From Torpedo marmorata (Eukaryota), in assembly GCA_977017645.1 (NCBI GenBank), contig OZ360238.1, positions 54,932,001 through 54,996,000 on the forward strand: a stretch of 64,000 nt of DNA, in the 5' to 3' direction. Shown here one piece after another: positions 1 to 11,479 of the stretch. The notes below the pieces were generated by a model. It was not told the origin of the DNA. It was given only the letters and a program-made list of their open reading frames with translations, and searched no databases. Numbering within the stretch: position 1 is the first letter of the stretch; each line of letters opens with the position of its first letter. A program made the position numbers and the translations under genes.

Positions 1-54
1 AGTAAATATGTGTTTTGTGGTCAGCAAAGGTTCAGTGGACTGCAGGGACAGGTT

Positions 55-92
55 TCGTGACATGTTCATGACAATAAATTCTAATTCTGTGT
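55..92 (+). mobile_element. Rex1/Babar LINE 3' tail remnant
   Basis: gttcatgacaataaattctaattctg matches the tail of the long Rex1 copy at 58841-58878. Confidence 0.5.
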
Positions 93-1214
93 GACATGAT
101 TCCAGAATTAAAAGCAGTCATTACTTGCATGTTGAAACCTTGCTTCTGCGTGAGTGGCCAGGGGATTGTGCTGCCACACAAATGTCAGCGAAGATCCAAA
201 GAATGGTATCCCAATACACGATGCACAGCATTACATAACAGGGCAGGTTCCTGGTTTCCTCCTTGTATAAGTTATCAGGGTACCCCGAACTCCATAATGA
301 AAAGTGCAGCCCACAAGTTGGATCCATGGTTTTCCTGGAAGTTTTATTGTTGGTGGAAATGGGATTGATAGGTTGGGCTGGATCTGATGGACCAAAGGGC
401 CTGGTTCTTTGGTGTATGGCTCTGACTAAAACATGGTGCTGGAATCCACTTATCTGACCATTTGGGTGAAATGAACACCTTATAATCTCTGATAACGTCG
501 TTCACAATTAATGAGAACGCAAACTGAATTACAGGCAAGAAGAGCTCCATTTGCAATGGTAAGTTGATTCTGGAAGCTGGCAGCTAAGCTCCCCTCAGCT
601 ATCTGCTTCCTGTTGCTTTACATCAGTGACACTAACATTGCCAGAGCTTCATAAATTAATTAAAAACATATCAAATAAAGGTGAGACAGAATTTCTTGAT
701 TTAGGAAACAACCCCCAGCATTAGACCAAAGATACCAAACCCACCATCGGTGTTCTGCGTTGTTAGTGACCAAAATGATGTTGATGCAAAAAAGCTCCAT
801 CCCACCACAAACTGCCACACAAGTGCTTCTGCGGTAAGTGGCTCCTCAATATTTCTGAGGAGGGATATGGAGAGGCAGCGCAAAAGTTTGAGGAAAATCC
901 CCGAAAACCTGCTCGGGCAGATACCATTTGCCTGAATGTTGACTCCAGAACTAAGGGTAACGTGTGCAGATCATTGCCGACTTGTGAAATAAATCCATAA
1001 TTCCCTTATGGATTAAGGGAATCCATACACAGTGAAAGGTGATTTTTCATCATCGTAATAATGCCTGAAGCTAACTTCAGATGACACAATTTCCTGGGTA
1101 TTTTACACTGTAACTAAAACATAGTTGCTCCATTGTGTTCAGAGTATCTTGTGCCAATTGGTTTAAAATCTCATCACCATTAAATATATATAAATATATG
1201 ATCTCTCATCTTTG

Positions 1215-2010
1215 ATCTGTTTTGGAAAAATATTTAAACAAGCTGACCAGGGCAAGTTTGACAAGGTTATTGAGATGTTTGATGAACACTGTCCACCAAA
1301 GAAAAATGAAACATGCAGCTGCAGGGAGAGAGCTTTGATACTTTTTAATGGACTTGAAATTAAAAGAAAGAACTTGCAATTTTGGCTCGCTGCAAGATTC
1401 AATGATCCATGATCAAATTGTGTTCGGGATTATTGATAAGAAAGTGAGAGAGAGGTTGCTGCGAGAGACAGAGCTTACCTTAGCTGGAGCTGTGAAGATA
1501 TGCCATGCCAGTGAAATAGCTCTGCAGCACGCGAAAAAGTTCGGTGATAGTGCAAAAGCAAGTGAAAATGAAGGCATAGTCGTAGCCACAGTGTCGGGAC
1601 ACACACATAAACAAAAAACGAGATATAAGAAACAACAAAAAGATGGAGAGACATTCAAGTGCAAACGATGTGGCACTAAACATGCAGCAAAACAATGCCC
1701 AGCTTATGGAAAAGTCTGTAATAAGTGCAAAGGGCAGAATCACTACACAAAGCAATGTTTTTCCAAAGGGAAACAAAACAGAAGTAAAAGTATGCACACT
1801 ATAGAAGACACTGTACACACTATAGAAGAAACTGCTCTCAGTGACACACTTTTCGTGGGCATGGTAGTGCAGAAAGATTCTAAACCAACAGACACTGAAC
1901 AGCCAAGCGTGAACAGTGTCGAGCAGGACAAGTGGACTGTGTCATTGCATACAACTGGAACAAATATTCCTTTCAAGCTGAACACGGGCAAAGGTCAATT
2001 TGATCTGTGA
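1215..2010 (+). pseudogene. gag: Gypsy gag (frameshifted) running into the protease start
   Basis: FDEHCPPKKNET; DSMIHDQIVFGI..VRERLLRE; CKRCGTKH..CPAYGKVCNKCKGQNHYTKQC; FKLNTG resembles the protease KLDTG motif. Confidence 0.85.
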
Positions 2011-2416
2011 GTGCAACATCAGGGCAATGAAGATAAAGCTATACATCCATGCAAATCCTGTACAGCTCAAAGACTACAATGGACAGAGCATTGACACGAA
2101 AGGTACATGTACATTCAAGGTGAAAGTTAAAGATAAAGTGCACCACCTCAGGTTCGCATTAGTCCCAGATGGACATGAATCTCTGCTGGGTGACAAAGCA
2201 TGTGAAAACTTAAGCCTAGTCAAGAGGGTGTACACACCAGGGAAACCTATTGTGTTAGCTGTTGCATTATCCAGGGCAACGATGCAGAGTGAAGCACACA
2301 ATGAGAGTTCCACAGAGAAAGATGTGAATCTCCATGTGAATCTGATCACTGAATCTCTTCCCGTATCTGACATAAAATCCAAGCAGATCACAGAAGGTCA
2401 TCAAGAATCTGAATGA
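2000..2416 (+). pseudogene. pol: Gypsy protease C-terminal half fused in frame to the RNaseH C-terminus
   Basis: SLLGDKACENLSLVKRV is followed directly by YTPGKPIVLAVALSRA. Confidence 0.8.
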
Positions 2417-3708
2417 AGGATGGCCTAGAGGTGAATGTCAGCCATACTACAACATCAGAGCTGAGCTGAGTGTTGTCAATGGGCTTCTACTCAGACAGAG
2501 CAGAATTGTCATTCCTCAATCACTGCGACAAGAGATGCTGAAAAGAGTGCATGAGGGGCACCTTGGAATGTAGAAATGCAAGAGGAGGGTCAGAATTGCT
2601 GTTTATTGGCCAGGGATAAATTATGACATTGTCAGAATAGTTTCAAGCTGTGAGACCTGTTTGAAACATCACGCAAAGCAGGCAAAGGAACCCATGATAA
2701 TAACTGACGTACCAGCAGAAACATGGCAGAAAGTTGGGACTGATCTGTTCCACATGGATGGAAAGAATTACTTGCTGTTTATTGACTATCTATCTAACTA
2801 TTCGGAGATTGTGCTGCTTCCTAATATGTCTGCTGCTTGTATGATCAAATATATGAAATCGATCTTTGCAAGACATGGAATTCCTCAAATTGTCTACATT
2901 GACAATGGACCATGCTACAGCTGTAGAGAATTCCAGAACTTTGCAGAAGAGTATGATTTTTGACATGTGACTTCAAGTCCTCTGCATCCACAGTCAAACG
3001 GTAAAGCAGAGAAAGTTCACATAGTTAAACAGTTGCTCAAGAAAGCACTAGATCCATATCTAGCTCTATTGAGTTACAGAGCTTCGCCACTTGAACATGG
3101 TATGTCACCTGCTGAGCTTCTGATGGGACGTAGACTACGCACAACACTTCCCTACTCTGCAGACCCAAACAAGAACAGAGATGTCGAAGATGTCGAACGG
3201 AAACAAAAGCGTATGCAATGGAGACAAAAAGCAAACTATGACAAGTCAGCAAGAAGCTTAGGGCCACTGGCACAACTTGACACAGTGAGACTCAGAGATT
3301 CCCACACATGGGACAAAAAGGCTACTGTTCTGGAGGAAGTAAGTCCAAGATCCTACACTGTCAGAACAGAGGATCGTCAAATACTGAGAAGGAATCGAAA
3401 GAGCCTGCTGAAAATGCAAGAGACACTGCAAGAACAGACATATGCAGAAGATCCAGCCTGCACAGCAACAGAGGAAACACCACCACCGCTAGACAGTAGT
3501 GGACCAGCAGAGCTGACACAAGCGCCTGTGTTAAGAAGATCTGGAAATAATAGTGGGACGGAGCCGGGGAATGGGTGGAGAGGGTTGGAAAGCAGTCGGG
3601 GCTGTGTATGTCAAGAACACGCCGCACCTTGTTTTTTTTTTAAAGAAAAAAAATGAAAAAAAAGAACATCCACATGTTATCAAAGTATCTGACAGACTGA
3701 ATCTCTAA
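2417..3708 (+). pseudogene. pol: Gypsy integrase (stops and frameshifts)
   Basis: HEGHLG zinc-finger region, WQKVGTDLF, FARHGIP..DNGP, SSPLHPQSNGKAEK, SPAELLMGRRLRT, C-terminal DRLNL*. Confidence 0.9.
3542..3661 (+). mobile_element. Short orphan A-tailed retro-insertion in the integrase C-terminus
   Basis: Flanked by aagaagatc (3533-3541) and aagaacatc (3662-3670) at a TT/AAGA site; ends in a T-run then an A-rich tail; splits LRRS from ..DRLNL*. Confidence 0.65.
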
Positions 3709-3840
3709 AAGAAAAAGAACTGCACACTTAAAAAGTTTGTGCAGCTGATGTTGTGCTTACATTTGTGTTGAACTTTAAATTGAAATGAATACTGTATTAG
3801 TGTGTCATGTTGTTAGATTAAACATCTCAAGGAAAGGGGA

Positions 3841-4056
3841 TGTAGTGATAAGAGTGCTAGAGATCCTCCTGACCACTAGAGGGAGTCAGAGACTGTAGTG
3901 ATAGCGTGCTAGAGATCCTCCCGACCACTAGAGGGAGTCTGAGACTAGTTTGTGGCAGCTTCGGTTGGATTCAAGATGGAATCCTCCACACGGTCCTGAG
4001 TGAGTTCTATAGCTAATAAAGTATCGTTTTAAAATAACCCAGGTTTCTTTATTACA
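3841..4056 (+). repeat. 3' LTR of the Gypsy element, with an internal ~53-bp tandem duplication
   Basis: Starts TGTA immediately after the PPT, AATAAA at 4015-4020, ends TTACA; 3841-3893 is repeated at 3894-3945. Confidence 0.85.
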
Positions 4057-4829
4057 ATAAAAGAAACATCACAGGGCTGTGCCTCAAATGAGCAAATATA
4101 ATGCACATTTTGCACGGTAACACCTTTTTTTGAGATTGATGATTTTTTTAATGGATTTGCTATAGTTCTATTCGCAATGAGTCAGAGGATTTGTGGTCCT
4201 GGGTCAGAGAATGATGCAACACAATGCACTTCCTCTTATCAAAGCTATTCACTTAAGGTGACTGAACTAGCCAAATTGCATATTAATTGAATGTTATTCT
4301 GGAATTTGGTTTGGGGGTTCAAGCCTACAAAAAGTTTGATTACCATATTCCTTTGTCTATGCATTAAATTTAGTTGGCTCTTACCTTTTATAAATCTAAA
4401 TGCAAAGAAAGGTAGCAAAAGGTTGGATGTATAATACTATTTTCTCTCTGATTTATCTTTGAATTTATACTCTTTAATTAATATAAGGATTTCTTCAATG
4501 AGTTTATCATTCTCTGAAGAAATCAAATAGTTTGGGATCACTGGGGGTGTGATGGCATCAGGACCACTGCAGGGCATGGATAGGTCTGATTGTAGCCTGG
4601 CAGATCATTACTGGGGTGTGTGGTGGGTTAAGATGTGGTTAGCAGATCAACAGAGTGGCTGGGTCACTGGATGTTGAGCCAACAAATTATATGTGTGTAG
4701 TGTCAGAAAATTAGAGGATAGAGGAAGATTGGCTAGAGCTGTGAACTGAGGTTGGGAGTCCTGAGAGGATATATGTTACTTTAAGAGGACTTGTAGCAGG
4801 CAAGTGTCTAGTGCTGAGTGCCATAGTCT

Positions 4830-5864
4830 GGGCCTTGCACTGTTCATAGCAAGGGTGGCCTACACTGCTCATGGACAACGGTGGTCTGCACTGTACGTGG
4901 GCATTGGTGGGCTCCACTGTTCTTGGGCAAGGGTTCCCTGCACTGACCATGGGAAAGGGTGGCCTGCACTGTTCATGGGCAAGGGAGCCCTGCACTATCG
5001 ATGGGCAAGGGTGGCCTGCATTGTCCATGGGCAAGGGTGGCCTGCACTGTCCATGGGCAAGGGAGCCCTGCACTATCCATGGGCAAGGGAGCCCTGCACT
5101 GTCCATGGGCAAGGGAGCCCTGCACTGTCCATGGGCAAGGGTTCCCTGTACTGTCCATGGGCAAGGGAGCCCTGCACTATCGATGGGCAAGGGAGCCCTG
5201 CACTGTCCATGGGCAAGGGTGGCCTGCACTGTCCATGGGCAAGGGAGCCCTGCACTGTCCATGGGCAAGGGTGGCCTGCACTGTCCATGGGCAAGGGAGC
5301 CCTGCACTGTCCATGGGCAAGGGTGGCCTGCACTGTCCATGGGCAAGGGAGCCCTGCACTATCCATGGGCAAGGGTGGCCTGCACTGTCCATGGGCAAGG
5401 GAGCCCTGCACTATCCATGGGCAAGGGTTCCCTGTACTGTCCATGGGCAAGGGAGCCCTGCACTATCGATGGGCAAGGGTGGCCTGCACTGTCCATGGGC
5501 AAGGGAGCCCTGCACTATCCATGGGCAAGGGTGGCCTGCACTGTCCATGGGCAAGGGAGCCCTGCACTGTCCATGGGCAAGGGAGCCCTGCACTATCCAT
5601 GGGCAAGGGAGCCCTGCACTATCCATGAGCAAGGGATCCCTGCACTGTCCATGGGCATGGGTTCCCTGTACTGACCATGGGCAAGGGTTCCCTGCACTGT
5701 CCATGGGCAAGGGTTCCCTGTACTGTCCATGGGCAAGGGTTCCCTGCACTGTCCATGGGCAAGGGTTCCCTGTACTGACCATGGGCAAGGGTTCCTTGCA
5801 CTGTCCATGGGCAAGGGTTCCCTGCACTGTCCATGCGCAAGGGTTCCCTGCACTGTCCATGGGC
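4830..5864. repeat. 26-bp GC-rich minisatellite, about 40 units
   Basis: Consensus ccatgggcaagggagccctgcactgt with gggtggcc and gggttccc variants; degenerate units at the left edge. Confidence 0.97.
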
Positions 5865-6606
5865 ACACCTGCATGAATGAGAATCCTGAAAGTGATATCC
5901 TGGGATGCAATGTAAGCGACTGGTCACAACAACCATGTCCAGGTCTCTGTGAGTTAGTGCATCAGGCAGAAGGGTCATTCAGAAAGAAAATTATGGACCA
6001 CTTACAACACAGTAAGTTCCCATTTATCCTTTATGGAACTCTTTCTCATTGATGTACGTGAGGCTACATAATCCATTTTTAGGCATTCATTTTCGTATGC
6101 ATTACTTTTGTCATTCATTATTGATCAGACATAGTCTGATGTAGAGATACTTCGCTGATTTTTATCAATTCGGAGATATACTAATTTACAGAAAGCCTCA
6201 TTATTTTGGATTAGTATTTACATTGATAACAGAGAGCTGTGATCCACGACTTCCTGTCTGCAGGCTGCAGTCAGTGAGGATTGGTGACAGCACCTCCTCT
6301 ACGATTATCTTCAACGCTAGGTTCCTACAAGTCTGTGTACTCATTGTCTACAGTACTCACTGTATGCATGATTGTGGGGCTAAACATCACTCCAACTCCA
6401 TCTATAATCTTGCAGATGACACCACCATCATTAGAGAAGATCTCTAACAACAATGACCTGGTGGTCAGAAGGGAGATAGAGTGGCTTGTTGCCAGGACAA
6501 CCACCTCTCCCTCAATGTCAGCGAGACCAAGAAGCTGGTTATGGACTTCCAGAAGAGGGGTGGAGTTCCCTCACCAACGGTGCTGAGGTGGAGCTAGACA
6601 GGTTTC

Positions 6607-7527
6607 ACTCAGTAGGTCAGACAGTGTACTTTATGTAGCAAAGATAAAGATACATAACCAACATTTCGGGTTTGGTCCCTTCATCAAAATGTAGGCAGGC
6701 GCCCAAAGAAAATGGTGAGGGGAGGGCAGGGGGAGGAGCACAGCCCCACAAGCAGGGGGTAATAGGTGGATAAGGGAGGGAGGGCACAGCAGCAAGCAGG
6801 GGGAGGGGGAAGTCTCTGTAAATGGAGAGGGAAGGGGGTGGAGAGCTGGAGGAACGAAGACAAAGGGAAAGGGAAGCGAGGGAGAACGGAGACTAGGCTA
6901 GCAGAAATCGGAGAAGTCGATGTAAATGCCATCCGGTTGGAGAGTGCCCAGACAGAAAATCAAGTGTTGCTCCTCCAATTTACGTATGGTCTTGGTGGGA
7001 TAGTACATGAGGCCATGGACAGACATGTCAGCATGGGAGTGGGGTACAGAATTGAAATGGTTGGCCACTGGGATATCATGTACTGTCCAACCAAGACCAC
7101 CCCGTAAATTGGAAGAGCAACACTTAATTTTCTGTCTGGGCACTCTCCAACTGGATGGCATTAACATCGATTTCTCTGGTTTCTGCTAGCCTATTCTCCA
7201 TTCTCCCACCCTTCCCTTTTCCTTTGTCTTCTTTCCTCCTGCTCTCCACCCCTTCCCTCTCCATTCACAGAGCCTTCCCCCCTCCCCTGCTGGCTGCTGT
7301 GCCCTCCTTCCCTTATCCTCCTGCCTATGGGACTGTGCTCCTCCACCCCCACCATTTTGTTCGGGCGCCTGCCTACATTTTGTCATACCTTGATGAATGG
7401 CTCAAGCCCGAAACATTGGTTATGTATCTTTATATTTGGTGTATAAAGTACAGTGTTTGACCTGCTGAATTTCTCCAGCATTGTGTTTTTACTTCAACCA
7501 CGGTGTCTGCAGACTTTCGTGTTTTAC
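6607..7527. mobile_element. Penelope-like element: two 3' ends (GIY-YIG C-terminus plus pLTR) in head-to-head inverted orientation
   Basis: Minus arm 6607-7074 encodes VANHFNS..RKLEEQHLIFCLGTLQPDG; plus arm 7076-7527 encodes RKLEEQHLIFCLGTLQLDG; both match the Penelope 3' end near 60870-61347. Confidence 0.9.
7384..7424 (+). ncRNA. Minimal hammerhead ribozyme-like motif in the Penelope pLTR (mirror copy at ~6656-6690, minus strand)
   Basis: catacc-TTGATGA-atggctcaagccc-GAAAC-att-ggttatg. Confidence 0.6.
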
Positions 7528-8718
7528 CCCAAGATACCTTTAAGTTCCAGTGACCTGTCCTGGCCCTGGTCCACTCATATTGATACAATAGCCAAGGGAG
7601 TGCATCAGTATCTCTACTTCCTCAGAAGGCCAAGGAGATTTGGCATGTCACCTGCATCCCTTAACAACTTCTACAGATGCACCATTGAAAGCATCCCATC
7701 ATCTATGTGGTGAAGGAACTGCTCTGCTCAAGAATACAAGAAGTTGCAGAGGTTTGTGAATGTGTATCGGGTTATTACACACACCCTTCTCCCTTCCATC
7801 TACAACTCCTGCTGCCTTGGAAAAGCAGACAATATATTAAAAGACTCATCCCACCCCGGTCACTCTCTCTTCACCCACCTCCCGTCAGGTAGCAGATTCA
7901 TGAGTATGAGATCACGCACAGCCAGATTCAAGGACAATTTCTTTCCCGTCGTTATCAGACTCCTTAATGAACCTCAAAATAGTAAAATTATACTGTCCTT
8001 GCTCTGCACCGTCTGATCTCTCTCAGTAACTCTGCCCTTCTGTACTGTGTCGTACAATCTATGAGATGTCTAACTAGTCTGCTTGCAAAACAAACTCTAT
8101 CACTGCCTCTTGGTATACGCGACAATAAATTTGAATTTGAACCTAAGAGATTAATTTGAAATATAGATGCCAAAATTTTTAGAGAGAATGCCACAAAATT
8201 AACAAACACGTTATCAGATTCTTTGATGGTCTTCACATGACTGACTTAAGTTTATTTCCTTGTGATTGAATTGATTCACTGATATGGAAAATGAAGATCT
8301 TTTGTTATCTAATAGTGTGCTAGCTTTCCATCTTTATCACTGTCATATCCAAAACAATGAAAGCTGAGCAACAGATTAAAACCACCCCAGGGGTGTTTTG
8401 TTCACTGTTGATTGTCGTAGCTTGTGACTAAAAGAAAATGGCCCTATGAAAGGAAAAATGTTCAATTTATTTAATTGTACCTGCTGAGGGAACACCCCAA
8501 GATATTATCAGGAAGTGGCTGAACAAATATTCTGTTTCAGTTAACATTATCATTAACAATATGTGTATGAAGCAACATTCCCTGGATAATGAAAGGGTTA
8601 CTACACATATTATCTGTAACCTTCATTTGTGGATATAATGCATGAGAATTATAGTGTTTTATGCTTAAAGCAACAACAACTGTAATTTAATCCAGTGAGG
8701 GATTTCTGTTCCCTCCGT

Positions 8719-8966
8719 GGGCAGCACGGTTAGTGTAGCGGTTAGTGCAACGCTATTACAGCGCCAGTGACCCGGGTTCAAATCCGGCACTGTATGTAAG
8801 GAGTTTGTACGTTCTCCCCGTGCCTGCGTGGGTTTCCTCTGGGGTCTCCGGTTTCCTCCCACCCTTCAAAACGTACCGGGGGTTGTAGATTAATTGGGGT
8901 ATTTGGGCGGCACGGGCTCGTGAGATGGAAGGGCCTGTTACCATGCTGTATGTCTAAATTTAATTT
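8719..8966 (+). mobile_element. tRNA-derived V-SINE/HE1-like SINE
   Basis: A/B box head (gggttcaaatcc), V-domain gtttgtacgttctccccgtg..ggtttcctcccac, CR1-like tail and (taaatt)n. Confidence 0.9.
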
Positions 8967-9146
8967 AAAAAAGGAAATCCACTTCAATTTATGTTTTTCA
9001 ATACATATGGGTATCAGTAGAAAATAAATTGCATTTCTACCCACTTACATAGAAATCAATCCTGAAGTGCCAGAAGCCTTTTACATTTGAAATAAAGTCA
9101 TCAGAACAAGAACAACCCAGCATTATGGAATTTTTTGCACACTCCA

Positions 9147-10090
9147 TAGCACAGTGGTGCAGCTGGTAGAATGGCTGCCTCACAGTGCCAGTGAGTCGAG
9201 GTTTGATGCTGACCTTCGGTGATGTCTGTATGGGGTGTACATTCTCCTTGTGAGCACGCAGGTTTCTTCCAGATGCTCTGGTTTCCCCCCACATCCCAAA
9301 GATGTGTGAGTTAGTTGGTAACTTGGCCACTGTAAATTGCCACTGCGATGTTGGTGAGTGATAGAATCTGAGAGAGTTGATAGGAATGACACCAGAATAA
9401 CACCAGAAACCCTGGCAAATTTCTACAGAGGTGTGGTGGAAAGTGAGCTGACCGGCTGCATCAGGGTCTGGTTTGGGAACACCAATACCCCTGAGCGAAA
9501 AGCCCTCCAAAAGGTAGTGGACACAGCCCAGTACATCACAGGTAAAACTCTCCCCACTATCGAGAACATCTACAGGGAACGCTGCCGTCGGAGAGCAGCA
9601 GCAATCATCAAGGATCCACATAACCCAGCACACACTCTGTTCTCGCTGCTGCAATCAGGAAAGAGGTATAGGTACCACAAGACTTGCACCACCAGGTTCA
9701 GGAACAGCTGCTACCCCTCCACCATCAGACTCCTCAACAACAAACTCAATCAGGGACTCATTTAAGGACTCTTACTTGTACACTTTATAGATTTTTTTTA
9801 TTCTCTCTGTATTGCACACTCTGTTTACATTCGTTATCTGTTTACATTTCTTTATTTGTTTACATGTATACGTTGTTTACAGTTTTTTTTGCACTACCAA
9901 TAAGTGGTAATCCTGCCTTGCCCACAGGAAAAAGAATCTCAGGGTTGTATGTGATGTCATGTATGTACTCTGACAATAAATCTGAATGTGGAGAGAATAA
10001 AAAAATGAAATATGTGTAAATGAGTGCTTAATGGCCGATGCAGACATGGTGAGTCAAAGAGCCTGCATCCCTGATGTATCTCTATGAATC
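9147..10090 (+). mobile_element. Older V-SINE-like SINE split by a Rex1 fragment
   Basis: tRNA-like head at 9147, V-domain; body resumes after ~9985; gaatg occurs at both junctions. Confidence 0.75.
9391..9985 (+). mobile_element. 5'-truncated Rex1/Babar LINE
   Basis: NFYRGVVES.LTGCI.VWFG..HPAHTLF-like..TTRFRNSCYPSTIRLLN; tail gacaataaatctgaa. Confidence 0.9.
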
Positions 10091-10129
10091 TACGACAATG
10101 AATCTGGACATTATATCACAATGCTATAT

Positions 10130-11310
10130 CATGATATTTTTCAGGCTGAAGGGTCAGAAGTTATAGTCTCAAGATAACAGAGTAAGAACTTTAAGACTGA
10201 GATAAGAAATTTCTTCACTCAGGTGGTGGTGAATCTGTGAAATTCTCTGCCAAAGAAGGTGGTGGAAGTCAAAAAGATGAATATATTTAAAGAAATTGAT
10301 AGATTTCTAAGACATAAGAAGCATCAAGGAGAAAGGGTAGGAATAGAGTATTGGGATAAAGGGTAAGCCATGATTATATTGTCTCAAGGAGCCGGCTCAT
10401 TGGCTGAGCCTGCTTCTTGTTCAAATGTTCAATGGTGAAGCATTGCAGCATGCTGTTGCGCTGAGAGACCTGGGAATGCCTGTGCATCAATCGCAAAGGT
10501 TGGTTTGCAGGTGCAGCAGGTAATCAAGAAGGCAAATGGGGTGTTGGCCTGCATTGCTAGAGGGATTGAATTTAAAAGCAGGGAGGTTATGCTGCAACAC
10601 ACAAGAAGCTGTAGGAACTCAGCAGGTCAGGCAGCATCTGTTGAAGGCAAAAGAGAGTCAACGTTTTGGGCCAAAAGTCTGAAAATCCAGCATTTTGTGT
10701 GTTGCTCCAGTTTTACAGCATCTGAAGGCCTTCTTGCTTGCCAAGGTTCTGCTGCAACCATACAGAGTAACGGTGAGGCCACACCTGGATCAATGTGTGC
10801 AGTTCTAATCTCCTGATTTGAGAAAGGACATAGTGGCTTTGGAGGCGGTGCAGAGGAGGTTCACCAGGCTGACTCCAGAAATGAGGAGGTTAGTTATGAG
10901 GAGAGATCGATCAGCCTTGTACTATACTCATTGGAGTTTAGAAGTATGAGAGGAGATCTTACGGCAACATGTAAAATTATAAAAGGAATAGGTAGGATAG
11001 AAGCAGGGAGGTTGTCTCTGGCAGGTGAGGTCAGAACATGGGGACTTTGCCTCAAGATTCGGGGAGTAGACAGAGAGATGAAGAGGAACTGATCTACCCA
11101 ATGAAGCAGCAGAAGTTGCCTAATTAAATGTATTTAAGATGCAGATAAATAGATTTTTGAATAGTAGGAGAATTAAGGGTTATGGGGAATAGGCAGGTAG
11201 GTGGAGCTGAGCCAACAATCAGATTATCCATGATCCTATTGAATGGCGGAGCAGGCTTGATGGGCCAGAAGGCCTACTCCTGCTCCTATTTCTTATGTTA
11301 TTATGTTTCT
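10130..11310 (+). mobile_element. Two decayed CR1 LINE 3' fragments (~10130-10420 and ~10460-11310)
   Basis: QVQQVIKKANGVLACIARGIEFKSREVML; tail cctactcctgctcctatttcttatg. Confidence 0.8.
10599..10743. mobile_element. Short Penelope pLTR-derived insertion in CR1
   Basis: gaactcagcaggtcaggcagcatct..tccagcattttgtgtgttgct; flanked by the 15-bp duplication aggtt(a/c)tgctgcaac (10584-10598 and 10744-10758). Confidence 0.7.
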
Positions 11311-11479
11311 ATAGTGGTGGGGTGCGGGGGTGCGGTTAGGGTTAGGGTTATTGTTAGCGTTAGGCTCAGAGGAGCTGTGATGGAGGCAGAAAAGCATCAT
11401 CGCCCTCTGGTGAGACAAAGGAAGAAAGCAAAGGTGATACTTTGGTGATAAATTCTAAGTGATACAAAGCTAATGATGC

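Larger units (their letters stand above)
1215..4056 (+). mobile_element. Gypsy/Ty3 LTR retrotransposon, 5'-truncated, lacking RT and most of RNase H
   Basis: Order is gag (CCHC knuckles), protease-like region, RNaseH C-terminal remnant, integrase, PPT (aaggaaagggga 3829-3840), then TG...CA LTR. Confidence 0.9.
6260..8141 (+). mobile_element. Decayed Rex1/Babar LINE (RT to 3' end), interrupted by Penelope
   Basis: QSVRIGD..HDC..LADDTT; YLYFLRR..FGMS..NFYRCTIESI; tail gacaataaatttgaatttgaa. Confidence 0.85.

Noticed and set aside
4711-6052. Cys/His-rich repetitive ORFs (200-300 aa) and a CRISPR-like appearance
   Set aside because: They are open in all frames because the 26-bp unit lacks stop codons; there are no unique spacers or cas genes, and the context is eukaryotic.
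8719-8790. tRNA gene (also 25400-25468 and 33085-33153)
   Set aside because: These are SINE heads continuing into a V-domain and LINE-like tail.
11398-11415. Isolated CTCF-like motif (also ~20917)
   Set aside because: Single imperfect matches are expected by chance in 64 kb.
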